A DNA stretch of 64,000 nucleotides. Origin: an uncultured delta proteobacterium. Its GTDB lineage: Bacteria > Myxococcota_A > Polyangia > Polyangiales > Houyiibacteriaceae. Positions 18,703 through 28,596 of this stretch are shown here, in pieces (position 1 is the first letter of the stretch; the number at the start of each line of letters is the position of its first letter). Under the pieces are notes generated by a model. It did no database searches. It was not told the DNA's origin and saw nothing but the letters and a program-made list of their open reading frames with translations. The translations under genes were made by a program, and so were the position numbers. The stretch lies in contig CAVOVB010000002.1 of the NCBI GenBank assembly GCA_963699755.1, forward strand, positions 608,001-672,000, in the 5' to 3' direction.

Positions 18703-18719
18703 ACGAGCGCGCCACAGTC

Positions 18720-18762
18720 AGGACGGGGCAGGTTCGCACGTCGGGCCTGCCCCGTCCTTTTG
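18720..18762 (+). terminator. Intrinsic terminator after the dsbA-like gene
   Basis: AGGACGGGGCAGG...CCTGCCCCGTCCT followed by TTT. Confidence 0.8.
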
Positions 18763-18788
18763 ACACGCAGGGGTGGACACACTACATT
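18760..18788 (+). promoter_or_regulatory. Sigma70-type promoter for the GNAT-CesT-pspA operon
   Basis: TTGACA, 17 nt, TACATT; the -35 element overlaps the upstream terminator T-tract. Confidence 0.65.
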
Positions 18789-18831
18789 CCGTCCCGTTCT
18801 AAAAACTAAAGTATTTTCAAGGTGTTGACGC

Positions 18832-19737
18832 ATGGTTCGAGCGAAAGCTGCAGCCTCTAAACGACCCCCGAAGAAGCCCACGGTCGAAGAGCTCTATTTC
18901 AGGAGCGACAGCGCTTACCTTTGCCTTCTGCTCAATCGTCGGACGCGATTCATTCGCGTCATCGACTTTCGGGCTGGAGCACTCCCAGCGAAGCGGCTCT
19001 ACATTCAATCGGTTGCCACTCAGGAGAACGTCGACAAGGTGATCACCCTCGTCGAAAAAGACGAGGTCTCGTCCTGGACGCGCGTCGGCTTCGTCCGCGA
19101 AGGAACGATTCCCGGCTTTTACAAACGCAGCGATGGTCATCTCTGTGGATGCGTGATCGGCGACAAGACAGCCTCGATCGAGGTCAGCGATGCTTCCGCC
19201 AAGCTCATGGAGCGGACGATCAACGCAGCCAAAAAGGCCGCCAAGGACATCCCCGAAAAGATCAAGGGCGCCTCGGTTCGAGAGGCGAGCGAAAAGGATG
19301 CTCTCTCCGCCCGCGACGCAGCATGGAAGAAGAACGAAGGCTTTGGATCGTTCGACATATTCGGGCGCGACGCGCAGCGTATCTACTTCGACGTCAGCGT
19401 GCGGCGCAGCAAGACCAACTACGTTTCAGCCGAGTTCCAGGACTGCTTCGGACACGCCCTCGTCGAGGTCCTCTGGCTGCCGACGAGCGAGAACGAGATG
19501 CTTGCGGTGACCGCCGGACTTAGAGCGCTCGCAGAGAACCTCCAGGAACGCGGGATCGTGTCCATGTTTGCCTTCGCGCCAAACGACAATGTGGAGATTT
19601 CGACCGCATTCGTCGCGGCGGGCTACCGTAAGACGGGTTTGCTGGCACAAGGGATTCTCGACGCGAAAGGCGGCCGAAAAGACGCCATCTTATGGACTCT
19701 GAAATTCGCAAACGCCGACGGTGATGAATTCGAGTGA
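18832..19737 (+). CDS. Tandem GNAT-like protein resembling the putative beta-lysine N-acetyltransferase (AblB) family
   Basis: KVITLV...GFVREGTIPGFY in the N-half and FVAAGYRKTGLL...DAILW in the C-half resemble a duplicated GNAT pattern. Confidence 0.5.
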   Translation: MVRAKAAASKRPPKKPTVEELYFRSDSAYLCLLLNRRTRFIRVIDFRAGALPAKRLYIQSVATQENVDKVITLVEKDEVSSWTRVGFVREGTIPGFYKRSDGHLCGCVIGDKTASIEVSDASAKLMERTINAAKKAAKDIPEKIKGASVREASEKDALSARDAAWKKNEGFGSFDIFGRDAQRIYFDVSVRRSKTNYVSAEFQDCFGHALVEVLWLPTSENEMLAVTAGLRALAENLQERGIVSMFAFAPNDNVEISTAFVAAGYRKTGLLAQGILDAKGGRKDAILWTLKFANADGDEFE

Positions 19738-19793
19738 GCCTTGACCGTATCGGTTCGAGGCCGTTAGGCTCGCGAACGAGCAAGGAGAGGCGT

Positions 19794-20186
19794 ATGCGCT
19801 CACGCGAGGACATCGAGTCGTATCTAGCCCGCGCCGAGGTTCCCTACGAAGAGATCGGCGGGGACGGCATGTGGCTCATCCACGATAGGAGCCAGGGCGA
19901 GAAGATCGCCATCCAGGCTGCAGACTCGCTCCTTCTATTCCGAGTGAAGGTCTTGGAGCTCCGTGAGGTCCGGGACAAGGCGGCACTGTACGAAGAGCTG
20001 CTGACTCTCAACGCCTCGGACCTGGTGCATGGAGCCTATGGAATCTCGGACGGTGCAGTGGTCCTCACCTGTACCCTACAACTGGAGAACCTCGACTACA
20101 ACGAGCTGCAGAGCGTGCTCGACGACTTCTCACTGGCCCTCGCCAATCACTACGAGAAACTGAGCGAGTTCCGGATCGCCACCTAG
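19794..20186 (+). CDS. CesT/YbjN type III-chaperone-fold protein
   Basis: LYEELLTLNASDLVHGAYGI...LENLDYNE; RBS AAGGAGAGG before ATG 19794. Confidence 0.75.
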   Translation: MRSREDIESYLARAEVPYEEIGGDGMWLIHDRSQGEKIAIQAADSLLLFRVKVLELREVRDKAALYEELLTLNASDLVHGAYGISDGAVVLTCTLQLENLDYNELQSVLDDFSLALANHYEKLSEFRIAT

Positions 20187-20202
20187 GAGAAGGAGACGAG
20201 CA

Positions 20203-20991
20203 ATGGGGTTCCTCAGCCGTCTGGCACAACTGATCAAGAGCAACATCAACGACCTGATCAACAAGTCGGAAGATCCGGAGAAGATGCTGAACCAAGTCAT
20301 CGTCGAGATGAATCAGCAACTGGTCGAGGCGAAGAAGCAGGTCGCGGTCGCCATCGCCGACGAAAAGAGGCTCCAAAAGCAGTTCGGGAACGAAGCAACC
20401 AAGTCACAGGACTGGGAAAGCAAAGCCATGCTCGCGGTCCGGTCGGGTGACGACGAGCTGGCAAAGGAGGCCCTGCTCCGGCGCAAGGAGCACGACGTGA
20501 TCGCCGCCCAATACAAAGAGCAATGGGAGCGGCAAAAGGCGCTCACCGATCAGTTGAAGACCGCACTCAAGGCGTTGAACCACAAAATCGGCGAGGCGCA
20601 GCGCAAGAAAAACGTGCTGATCGCTCGAAAACGCCGCGCCGAAGCGATGAAGAGCATCCAGGAAACGATGAGCGGTCTGTCCGATGCGAGCGCGTTCGAA
20701 ACCTTCGACCGAATGGCCGAGCAGATCGACCAAATGGAAGCCGAGGCCGAGGCTGGCGCCGAGGTCGCCGAGCAGTACACCGGCGACATCCTCAAGCATC
20801 GATTCTCGGAGCTGGAAGCTACCGCGGGCGCCGACCTCGAGCTCGAGGCCCTCAAGCGCAAGATGGGGCTCATCCCCGCCGAGGAGCCCAGCGTGAGCGC
20901 CCGGGTCGCCGCCCCTGGGGAGCAATATGAAGAAGAGGAGCTTGCCGAGCTCGAAGAAGCCCTCGACGAGCTCAAGCGCCGGGAGCGCTGA
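20203..20991 (+). CDS. pspA: PspA/IM30 (Vipp1) family protein
   Basis: MGFLSRLAQLIKSNINDLINKSEDPEKMLNQ, coiled-coil, AFETFDRM. Confidence 0.93.
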   Translation: MGFLSRLAQLIKSNINDLINKSEDPEKMLNQVIVEMNQQLVEAKKQVAVAIADEKRLQKQFGNEATKSQDWESKAMLAVRSGDDELAKEALLRRKEHDVIAAQYKEQWERQKALTDQLKTALKALNHKIGEAQRKKNVLIARKRRAEAMKSIQETMSGLSDASAFETFDRMAEQIDQMEAEAEAGAEVAEQYTGDILKHRFSELEATAGADLELEALKRKMGLIPAEEPSVSARVAAPGEQYEEEELAELEEALDELKRRER

Positions 20992-20993
20992 GC

Positions 20994-21021
20994 TTGACAG
21001 GAAGCCGCTGCCGCTTAAGTT
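20994..21021 (+). promoter_or_regulatory. Putative sigma70 promoter of the FmdB-family gene
   Basis: TTGACA, 16 nt, TAAGTT. Confidence 0.4.
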
Positions 21022-21039
21022 GCCGGCCGAATCCTAGCC

Positions 21040-21357
21040 ATGCCTACCTACGATTACAGTTGCGACCACTGCGGGCACCAGTTCGAACGCCAGCAACGCA
21101 TCACCGAGAAGCCGCTCAAGAAGTGCCCGAAATGCGGCAAGCTCAAAGCCCGGCGGATGATCGGCGGAGGTGGTTTCATCCTCAAGGGCGGCGGTTGGGA
21201 GTCCGACCTCTACTCGGGCCCTTCGAACCGTACAGCGAGCACGTCCAAGAGTAGCGACTCGCCCGCGGCGTCGGCCGCGGAGTCATCCAAGGCCGCGGAG
21301 TCACCCAAGGCCGCGGAGTCACCCAAGGCCGCCTCGAGCAGCAAGTCGGACTCCTAG
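21040..21357 (+). CDS. FmdB-family zinc-ribbon protein
   Basis: MPTYDYSCDHCG...CPKCG...FILKGGGWESDLY plus a low-complexity tail. Confidence 0.9.
   Translation: MPTYDYSCDHCGHQFERQQRITEKPLKKCPKCGKLKARRMIGGGGFILKGGGWESDLYSGPSNRTASTSKSSDSPAASAAESSKAAESPKAAESPKAASSSKSDS
21273..21332 (+). repeat. 18-bp in-frame tandem repeat (about 3.3 copies) encoding AAES(S/P)K
   Basis: GGCCGCGGAGTCA(T/C)CCAA three times, then GGCCGC. Confidence 0.9.
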
Positions 21358-21366
21358 ACGGCCGCG

Positions 21367-23544
21367 CTAGGCCGGCTCCAGGTACGAGGCGATGATCTTC
21401 CTTGTACCCCAGCCAGGGAAGCGCACTGAGACGCGCGGCGGGGAGCCCTGCATCACTTCTCTCACCTCCCCGACTCCGAACTTCGGGTGCCGGACCTGCA
21501 TGCCGCGCCGTAACTCTTCGAGATCCGAGAGATCGGAGCCCTCGTTGTAGTCGACGTAGCTCTCGCGCGGCTCGTCGTGGCGCTCCTCGGACGCTGAGGC
21601 GCTGGTCCCCGAGCTCGCCCTGGCGCCGATCCATTCGACGTCCTCTTTGGGCAGCTCGGTGAGAAACCGTGATGGAATCCCGACGCGCTGCTGGCCAAAG
21701 ATCCTTCGGACGGCAGCAAAGCTCAAGACCAGCCGTTGCTTGGCACGCGTAAACGCTACGTAGGCTAGACGTCGCTCCTCTTCGAGCTCTTCGGGGTCTT
21801 CCCAGGGGTCGATCCCCTTGAACGGAAACACTTGCTCTTCGAGGCCGGTCACCATCACGACCGGGAACTCCAAGCCCTTGGCAGCGTGCACCGTCATCAA
21901 GGTCACCCGATCGCCGCCAACCTGCTCATCCGCAGAGGTCTGCAGGGTCACGTTCTCGAGGAATTCCGCAAGGGTGGATTCCGAACGCTCGCTTTGAAAC
22001 TCGTCCATGGATGCTACCAGCTCTTGAACGTTCTGGAGTCGTGCGTCCGCCTCGGGCGTATCGTCGTGCTGAAGCATATCGGCGTAGCCGCTTTGATTGA
22101 CGAGCTCCGCTCCGACTTCACCCAGGGGCGCACCGGAGCCCGGAAGCTCGCGCAGACTGGTCATGAGAGCACGGAAAGCTTCGAGTCGTTTGCGGGGGCC
22201 GCGGCCGAACTGAGCGAGGGCCGCATCGTCGTCGAGCAGATCCGTGAGACTCTGCCCGTACTGAGCCGAGAGATCGAGAAGCGAATTGATCGTAGTCTTT
22301 CCAATCCCCCGCGTCGGGGTGTTGATGATTCGCAGCAGGCTCATGTCGTCTGCGGGGTTGGTCATCAGCCGCAAATAGGCGAGCAGGTCCTTCACTTCCG
22401 CGCGATCGTAGAAGCGCATCCCGCCGACGATGCGATAACCGATGTTGGCACTTCGGAGGGCCTCCTCGATGACGCGTGACTGCGCGTGCGTTCGATAGAA
22501 GACCGCAACATCGGAGAAACGCTGCCCTTGGGACGAAAGCTCACGAATGCCCCGGAGGACTAGACGCGCCTCGTCGCGCTCATCCATGGTGCGGACGACG
22601 AGAATCGCATCGCCCTCCGGATTGTCGGTCCAGAGCACCTTGGGCTCGCGGTCGGTGTTTCGCGCGATCACCGCGTTTGAGGCGCGTAGAATGCGTTGCG
22701 TCGAGCGATAGTTTTGCTCGAGCTTGACGAGCGTAGCGTCGGGGAAAGACGAACGAAAATCGAGAATGTTTCGGCGATCTGCGCCGCGCCAGCGGTAGAT
22801 GCTCTGATCGTCGTCGCCCACCACACAGAGGTTGCGGTGCCCTTCCGAGAGCACGCGAACCAGCCTGAACTGCGCATGATTGGTGTCCTGAAACTCGTCG
22901 ACCAGAACGTGCGCGAAGCGCCCCACGACGGCATCCCGAAAGAGCTCATCCGTTTCGAGGGCCCGCACTGTGCGGTAGATCAAGTCGCCAAAGTCGAGCG
23001 CATTGGCTTGGCGAAGCCGCTCTTCGTAGGTTGCGTATACGCGATGGACCACTTCCGACCAGGCGTCGGGCGTCTCGATGTCCTCGGGTCCTTGTACCTC
23101 CTGCTTGGCACGATTGATCCGGCCGGCCATGGCCTTGGGTTGATATCGTTTCTCGTCTAGACCGAGATCTCGCAGCACACGCTTGACTAGCGCCTGCTGG
23201 TCCTGGTCATCGTAAATCGTGAAATCCTTGCTCACACCGGAGCTCTCCCCGTAGCGCCGGAGCAACCGTGCGCAGGTCGCGTGAAAGGTGCCAACGTGCA
23301 CCGCCGCGCCCTGGTCTCCCAGCAAGCCGAGAAGGCGCTCCCGCATTTCACCCGCAGCCTTGTTGGTGAAGGTAACCGCGAGAATCCTCCAGGGTGCGAC
23401 GTCGTGCGCGGCGATGAGCTGGGCGACGCGAAAGGTGATGACGCGGGTCTTCCCGCTGCCGGCGCCCGCAAAGACCACGAGCGGCCCCCCTTCGTGAACG
23501 ACTGCCTCGCGCTGACGTGAATTCAGAGAGCTCAGGTCCAGCAC
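21367..23544 (-). CDS. pcrA: ATP-dependent DNA helicase PcrA/UvrD
   Basis: AGAGSGKT, DEFQDTN, VGDDDQSIY, QNYRST, MTVHAAKGLEFP, EERRLAYVA, C-terminal HPKFG Tudor-like domain. Confidence 0.95.
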   Translation of the reverse strand: MLDLSSLNSRQREAVVHEGGPLVVFAGAGSGKTRVITFRVAQLIAAHDVAPWRILAVTFTNKAAGEMRERLLGLLGDQGAAVHVGTFHATCARLLRRYGESSGVSKDFTIYDDQDQQALVKRVLRDLGLDEKRYQPKAMAGRINRAKQEVQGPEDIETPDAWSEVVHRVYATYEERLRQANALDFGDLIYRTVRALETDELFRDAVVGRFAHVLVDEFQDTNHAQFRLVRVLSEGHRNLCVVGDDDQSIYRWRGADRRNILDFRSSFPDATLVKLEQNYRSTQRILRASNAVIARNTDREPKVLWTDNPEGDAILVVRTMDERDEARLVLRGIRELSSQGQRFSDVAVFYRTHAQSRVIEEALRSANIGYRIVGGMRFYDRAEVKDLLAYLRLMTNPADDMSLLRIINTPTRGIGKTTINSLLDLSAQYGQSLTDLLDDDAALAQFGRGPRKRLEAFRALMTSLRELPGSGAPLGEVGAELVNQSGYADMLQHDDTPEADARLQNVQELVASMDEFQSERSESTLAEFLENVTLQTSADEQVGGDRVTLMTVHAAKGLEFPVVMVTGLEEQVFPFKGIDPWEDPEELEEERRLAYVAFTRAKQRLVLSFAAVRRIFGQQRVGIPSRFLTELPKEDVEWIGARASSGTSASASEERHDEPRESYVDYNEGSDLSDLEELRRGMQVRHPKFGVGEVREVMQGSPPRVSVRFPGWGTRKIIASYLEPA

Positions 23545-23701
23545 CCGCTGAACCTAGCTGTCCGTCCTAGGAAAACCAGCGAAAAACTGCAGTTCAGAGG
23601 ATGGATCGAGACCGAAAGCTGGCCTTCCCGCCGTTTTGCGCGTAGAGATCCAAGGTAGGTCGCGACGGCGACTAACCCCTTGAAAACGTCGAGGATCTTG
23701 G

Positions 23702-24361
23702 GTGAATCAACCGCTGTCCAATGCGTCCAAAACCGAGGAGGCCTCAACCGGTTCCTCCGCAAAGGGCGATCATGACTTGGTACAACGCGTACAAGAAGGA
23801 GATACGGCGGCTTTTCGAGCGCTGTTCGATAAGTATCATCGCCGAGCATTCGCCGTCGCCATGGGTGTCGTCAAGAACGAAGACGACGCCTTGGATGCCG
23901 TCCAAGAGGCGTTCGTCAAGGTCCACAAGAACATACATAAGTTCGAGGGAAGCTCGAGCTTCTACACTTGGCTCTATCGCATCGTTATGAATGTCTCGAT
24001 TGACCACGTTCGACGCACGGGAAGGCGCAAAGACCTGGACTTCGACGAGCGCGCGCTGCATGAGGAAAGCGAGGTCGCGGGGGACGGAGCGCTCGTGCCG
24101 AGTGTGACCAATGCCAACCCGGGCAAGGCGGCCCTTCGCCGCGAGCTCGGAAGCGCGATTCAGGTGGCCCTTCAAGAGCTGCCCGAGCATCATCGGGCGG
24201 TGATAGTGCTTCGAGAGATCGAGGGTATGAGCTATGAAGAAATGGCTGAAGCGCTCGAGGTGCCGAAAGGCACCGTCATGAGTCGCTTGTTTCACGCCAG
24301 AAAGAAGATGCAGACCGCCCTTGCCCCCTATCTTTCGGGGGATGCGGTTTCCGAGGACTAG
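23702..24361 (+). CDS. ECF (RpoE-like) sigma factor
   Basis: DAVQEAF, SFYTWLYRIVMN, LREIEGMSYEEMA, GTVMSRLFHAR. Confidence 0.93.
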   Translation: MNQPLSNASKTEEASTGSSAKGDHDLVQRVQEGDTAAFRALFDKYHRRAFAVAMGVVKNEDDALDAVQEAFVKVHKNIHKFEGSSSFYTWLYRIVMNVSIDHVRRTGRRKDLDFDERALHEESEVAGDGALVPSVTNANPGKAALRRELGSAIQVALQELPEHHRAVIVLREIEGMSYEEMAEALEVPKGTVMSRLFHARKKMQTALAPYLSGDAVSED

Positions 24362-24363
24362 TC

Positions 24364-24897
24364 ATGGAGAGCGCGAAAACAGAGGACGAGAAGCTTCAGA
24401 TGTTCTTCGATGGAGAGCTTGCCCCGGAGGACGAGGCCGCGGTGCGCCATAGCCTGGAAGGCTCGCCCGAGGGCAGAGCGCAGGTGCGCGAGTGGGAGCG
24501 GCTGCGCGATGCCATGAAGAGCGTTTCGGCGGACTGGGCCGGGGAGCTCGACTCCGATGCGCTTTTCGCGCGGATCGAGGCCCAGATCATTGCGCCTGTC
24601 ATTCCGATCGATCGGCCGGTGCAGCGGCCTGCCATGCAGCGGGTTCCAGGCCGCCGTGAGCGCCGCGTCTGGGGGGGAGTCGCTACCGGACTCGCCGCCG
24701 CGGCGGCTATCTTCTTGGCGGTCATCGCCTGGCCCGAGAGTGCACCGCAGGGTGGAGATTCGGCAGTGGCGCGCGGCTCGCAGGTGCTGGAGGCCGATTT
24801 CGGCTCCAGCACGGGGACGATCTTCGAGGTCGAGGGCGGCGCTGGGCAATCTTTGGCAGTGGTTTGGATCGACGATGAAGGGGTAGGGCTTCCATGA
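24364..24897 (+). CDS. Anti-sigma factor with a single TM helix
   Basis: LQMFFDGEL...VRHSL anti-sigma N-terminus without the zinc-ligand Cys pair; TM segment; directly follows the ECF gene. Confidence 0.75.
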   Translation: MESAKTEDEKLQMFFDGELAPEDEAAVRHSLEGSPEGRAQVREWERLRDAMKSVSADWAGELDSDALFARIEAQIIAPVIPIDRPVQRPAMQRVPGRRERRVWGGVATGLAAAAAIFLAVIAWPESAPQGGDSAVARGSQVLEADFGSSTGTIFEVEGGAGQSLAVVWIDDEGVGLP

Positions 24898-25397
24898 GTC
24901 TCATTCGACACTTGCTGGTGATATCGGTCTTGTTGGGCGCTTCGACCGCCTTTGGACAGGGCAGCTCCTTGGTGAGATCCGATCGCGTCTCCACGGTTTC
25001 GAACGTGCCAGCAGAGGTCCTGGTCGTCCTGGCCAAAGAGGAGGCGGGCAACATCGATGCCGAGCTGAAGAAGCTGACCGCGCTCCGTCGACCTCCGTTC
25101 AACTCCTTCCGTTCGATGAAGATTTTGTCCCGTCCGAAGCTGACCCTCACCCCCGGCAAGGACGCATTGGTTTCCCTTCCAAACGGCCGCAGGGTGAAGT
25201 TGACCCTCCTGCGAGTGATGCCCGACGGGCGATACAAGGTGAAGGCAGCGATCAACCGTCCGGACAAGTCTGACTATCTGCCGCTCCTTCAAGTCGTCGC
25301 CTCGGCCGGGGATCCATTCTTCGTCGCCGGGCAGACCTATCAAGGTGGGACCCTGGTGGTCGGTGTGACGGTCGACCCGAAGAAGAACGCCGAGTAG
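24894..25397 (+). CDS. Exported hypothetical protein coupled to the anti-sigma gene
   Basis: Signal peptide (..GASTAFG); ATGA overlap with the upstream stop. Confidence 0.65.
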   Translation: MSLIRHLLVISVLLGASTAFGQGSSLVRSDRVSTVSNVPAEVLVVLAKEEAGNIDAELKKLTALRRPPFNSFRSMKILSRPKLTLTPGKDALVSLPNGRRVKLTLLRVMPDGRYKVKAAINRPDKSDYLPLLQVVASAGDPFFVAGQTYQGGTLVVGVTVDPKKNAE

Positions 25398-26090
25398 GTG
25401 CGTGCGGACGACCCAGACGTGATCGAGATCGAGGGACCTCCAGCACTCGCACGACCCGCCGAGATGGTCATCGCCGCCCTCGCCCCCCTTGTTACAACGG
25501 AGCGTCTGCAACGGATCGCCGATGTCGTGAGCGGTCGCACCGATGACCTCGTCCTGGTCCTCGACCGGATTTCTGATCCACACAACTCCAGTGCAGTGTT
25601 GCGCAGCGCAGATGCATTCGGTCTTCAGACGGTGCACGTGATCGTCGGGGCGCATGGATTTCGCGCGTCCCGCGGAGTCTCCAAGGGCGCGCATCGCTGG
25701 TTGGACATCCTGCGATACCGAAGCGCCGAAGCCTGCGCGCGGCGCCTGAAGCGCGACGGCTACACAATCTATGTCGCCGCTATGGGAGGCGACACAGGGC
25801 TCGAAGACTTGCGCAAGATGAAGCGCCTGGCCGTCGTGTTCGGGAACGAGCATGGGGGAGTGTCGCAACAGATGCGAGCCCTCGCGGATGGCAGCTTTTC
25901 GATTCCCATGCGTGGCTTCGTCGAGAGTCTGAACATCTCGGTCGCCGCGGCGATCACCATGCAGACACTGGCCCGGGACGGTCGACCAGGTCTTTCGTCC
26001 ATGCGGCAACGCGAGCTCCAGGCCAGATTCCTAATGAATTCGGTGAAGAACGCGGACCAGGTCATCGAAAAATTCTGCGGGAATGATTGA
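25398..26090 (+). CDS. SpoU/TrmH-family RNA methyltransferase
   Basis: DPHNSSAVLRSADAFG, FGNEHGGVS, IPMRGFVESLNISVAAA. Confidence 0.92.
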   Translation: MRADDPDVIEIEGPPALARPAEMVIAALAPLVTTERLQRIADVVSGRTDDLVLVLDRISDPHNSSAVLRSADAFGLQTVHVIVGAHGFRASRGVSKGAHRWLDILRYRSAEACARRLKRDGYTIYVAAMGGDTGLEDLRKMKRLAVVFGNEHGGVSQQMRALADGSFSIPMRGFVESLNISVAAAITMQTLARDGRPGLSSMRQRELQARFLMNSVKNADQVIEKFCGND

Positions 26091-26160
26091 GCGGGTACGA
26101 CTGTCGTGAATTAGGGGGGAAGGCGCTGGGCAGGGGATGCTATAGGCGCCGGCGGACGAA

Positions 26161-28596
26161 ATGGCTGGGAAGCGAACACAGACAAAGAAGCGCAAGCAAA
26201 CTAAGCGCAAGCCAGCTAAGCGCAAGAAGCCGGGAACCAGCGGACGTGCGCTCTGGCCCAAGCTGATCGGCGGTGCCCTGGTTCTCGGCGCGCTGCTGAT
26301 CTTGGGGGCATACGCCTACTTCAGCCGCGACCTACCATCGGTCAGCGCCTTGCGTGACTACACGCCGCCACAGACTACCCGCGTATACGACCGAAACAAG
26401 AAGGTCATCGGCGAGATTTTCGCGGAGCGCAGGACCGTGATTCCAATGTCTCAGGTACCACGGAACGTGGTGCTCTCGGTCCTCGCAGCCGAGGATGCGG
26501 ATTTCTACGAGCACGAGGGGCTCGACTACCAAGGAATGCTACGGGCAATCTGGCGGGACGTGATTGCGGGTCGTGCCGCGCAGGGAGGCAGCACGATTAC
26601 GCAGCAGGTGGTCAAGCTGATGCTACTGACGCCAGAACGTACCGTGCAGCGAAAGGTACGCGAGCTCATACTCGCCCGACGACTGGAAAACGAGCTCTCG
26701 AAGGACGAGATCCTTCACCTCTACCTCAACCATGTGAACTTCGGGCATGCTCGCTACGGAATTCAGGAAGCAGCGCAGTACTACTTCGCGAAGGACGCGC
26801 GGGATCTGACCTTGGCCGAGTCGGCAATGCTTGCAGGCATTCCGCAAGCGCCCGCGCGCCTTTCGCCCCGACTAAACCTCGACGCTGCGAAACGACGCCA
26901 AGCGTATGTACTCTCGCAACTTCAGGCGAAGCGCGACGTGTACTGGCCCGATTTGAGCGAGGCGGCCATCGCCTCGGCTCGCAAAGAGAAAGCCGAGCTC
27001 GGCCCGTTGCGCGAGGGTTCGGGCAGCGCGCCGGAAGTGTTGGAGATCGCGAAACGCGCGCTTCGCGCCGCGGTGGGAGACGAGGCCCTTGGAAAGGGTG
27101 GCTACGAGGTCTACACCTCGATCGACCTGGCGCTCCAGGTCAAGGCACGTGATGCGCTTCAACGGGGGCTTCGCGCCGTCGACGAGCGACAGGGGTACCG
27201 GGGTCCATTTCGGCGCAAGAAGCGAAGGAGCGGATGGAAAGCAAGCTCGCCAAGCGGTCCGCTTCGAATGGGCCGCACCTATATCGCGCGGGTAATGGGC
27301 GCTGACGACGAGAACGAGAAGATTCGCCTCGATGTTGGAGGTCATTCCGCGGTGCTTCGGATGCGCGACGCAACGCGATACAACCCCGAGAGACGCCCGG
27401 CTTCGGCTTTCGCGAAAATGGGTGACCTCCTGCCAGTCTCAATCACGCAAACGGGTGAGGAAGAGGACCCGGCGATGGCGCGCCTCGAACGCGGACCCGA
27501 GGGCGCCGTGGTCGTGATCGAGCCCCGCTCGCGGGCGGTGCTCGCCTTGGTCGGAGGCTTTGCGGCGAAAACCGGTTTCAATCGGGCGACACAAGCGATC
27601 CGGCAACCGGGCAGTGCCTTCAAGCCGATCGTGTATGCGCGGGCGATTCAGTCGCGGCGATTCACGGCGGCGTCGCTGGTGGTGGACGCGCCGGCGGTGT
27701 ACGACGAGTGGAAGCCGCGCAACTACGAGCAGTGGAACTACCAGGGCGCTGTTCGTTTGCGTCAAGCGCTCGCCCGCTCGATCAACATGGTTGCAATCCG
27801 AGTCGTGGAGGACATCGGCGTTCAGGAAGTGGCGGAGTTTGCAAGGCAAGACGGCATCAGCACCAAACTCGAAGAAGATATGGCTTTGGCGCTGGGGGCG
27901 AGCGGGGTCAAGCCAATCGAGCTCGCGAATGCCTATGCGACTTTCGCGGCAGGCGGGCGCTGGGCACCAACGCGAATCGTGAGCAGGATTGTGGGTCCAG
28001 GGGGGGTGCGGATACCCGTCGAACCAGATGAGCCGGCTCGTGACGTCATGACGCCCAGCGAAGCGTACGTGATGACGAGCATGTTGCGCAGCGTGGTCAC
28101 CGAGGGCACGGGCGCTCCTGCGCAGCGACTCGAGCGCGCTGTGGTTGGCAAGACCGGTACGAGCAACGAGGCGCGAGATGCCTGGTTCGTTGGCTACTCG
28201 CCATCGGTCGTCGCCGGGGTCTGGGTCGGGTTCGACGATCAACGCTCGCTCGGCAAGCGTGAGACCGGCACGAGAACGGCGTTGCCAATCTGGATCGATG
28301 TCATGGCGGCGGCTGATCAAACGCCGAAGGAGACCGACTTCGCCATGCCGAGTGGCGTGATCAGGGCTCGGATCGACCCGGCCTCGGGCCTGCTGGCCTA
28401 TGAGGGGCAGGAAGACGCCTTCGAAGAGGTGTTTCTCGTGGGAACAGCCCCTACCGAAATCGCGAGGTCTCCGGATGTCGCCGACCCAAATCTGTTCCTA
28501 ATGGAGCAATTCGACGAAGAAGGCGAGAGCGATTCGACCCAGTCCGCAAAGTCACCTCGTGAAGAGCGAGTGCTCGGCGGCGTAGCCCCGCCATGA
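26161..28596 (+). CDS. mrcA: Penicillin-binding protein 1A (transglycosylase/transpeptidase)
   Basis: AEDADFYEH, GGSTITQQ, RKVRE, RQPGSAFKP (SxxK), SIN, KTGT. Confidence 0.93.
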   Translation: MAGKRTQTKKRKQTKRKPAKRKKPGTSGRALWPKLIGGALVLGALLILGAYAYFSRDLPSVSALRDYTPPQTTRVYDRNKKVIGEIFAERRTVIPMSQVPRNVVLSVLAAEDADFYEHEGLDYQGMLRAIWRDVIAGRAAQGGSTITQQVVKLMLLTPERTVQRKVRELILARRLENELSKDEILHLYLNHVNFGHARYGIQEAAQYYFAKDARDLTLAESAMLAGIPQAPARLSPRLNLDAAKRRQAYVLSQLQAKRDVYWPDLSEAAIASARKEKAELGPLREGSGSAPEVLEIAKRALRAAVGDEALGKGGYEVYTSIDLALQVKARDALQRGLRAVDERQGYRGPFRRKKRRSGWKASSPSGPLRMGRTYIARVMGADDENEKIRLDVGGHSAVLRMRDATRYNPERRPASAFAKMGDLLPVSITQTGEEEDPAMARLERGPEGAVVVIEPRSRAVLALVGGFAAKTGFNRATQAIRQPGSAFKPIVYARAIQSRRFTAASLVVDAPAVYDEWKPRNYEQWNYQGAVRLRQALARSINMVAIRVVEDIGVQEVAEFARQDGISTKLEEDMALALGASGVKPIELANAYATFAAGGRWAPTRIVSRIVGPGGVRIPVEPDEPARDVMTPSEAYVMTSMLRSVVTEGTGAPAQRLERAVVGKTGTSNEARDAWFVGYSPSVVAGVWVGFDDQRSLGKRETGTRTALPIWIDVMAAADQTPKETDFAMPSGVIRARIDPASGLLAYEGQEDAFEEVFLVGTAPTEIARSPDVADPNLFLMEQFDEEGESDSTQSAKSPREERVLGGVAPP

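Noticed and set aside
21273..21332. Tandem repeat as a CRISPR array
   Set aside because: No spacers; it is an in-frame 18-bp coding repeat, and no cas genes are present.
23702..23730. Autoregulatory ECF promoter (GAAT-N16-CGTC)
   Set aside because: It overlaps the most plausible start codon, and such a short match is weak evidence without TSS data.
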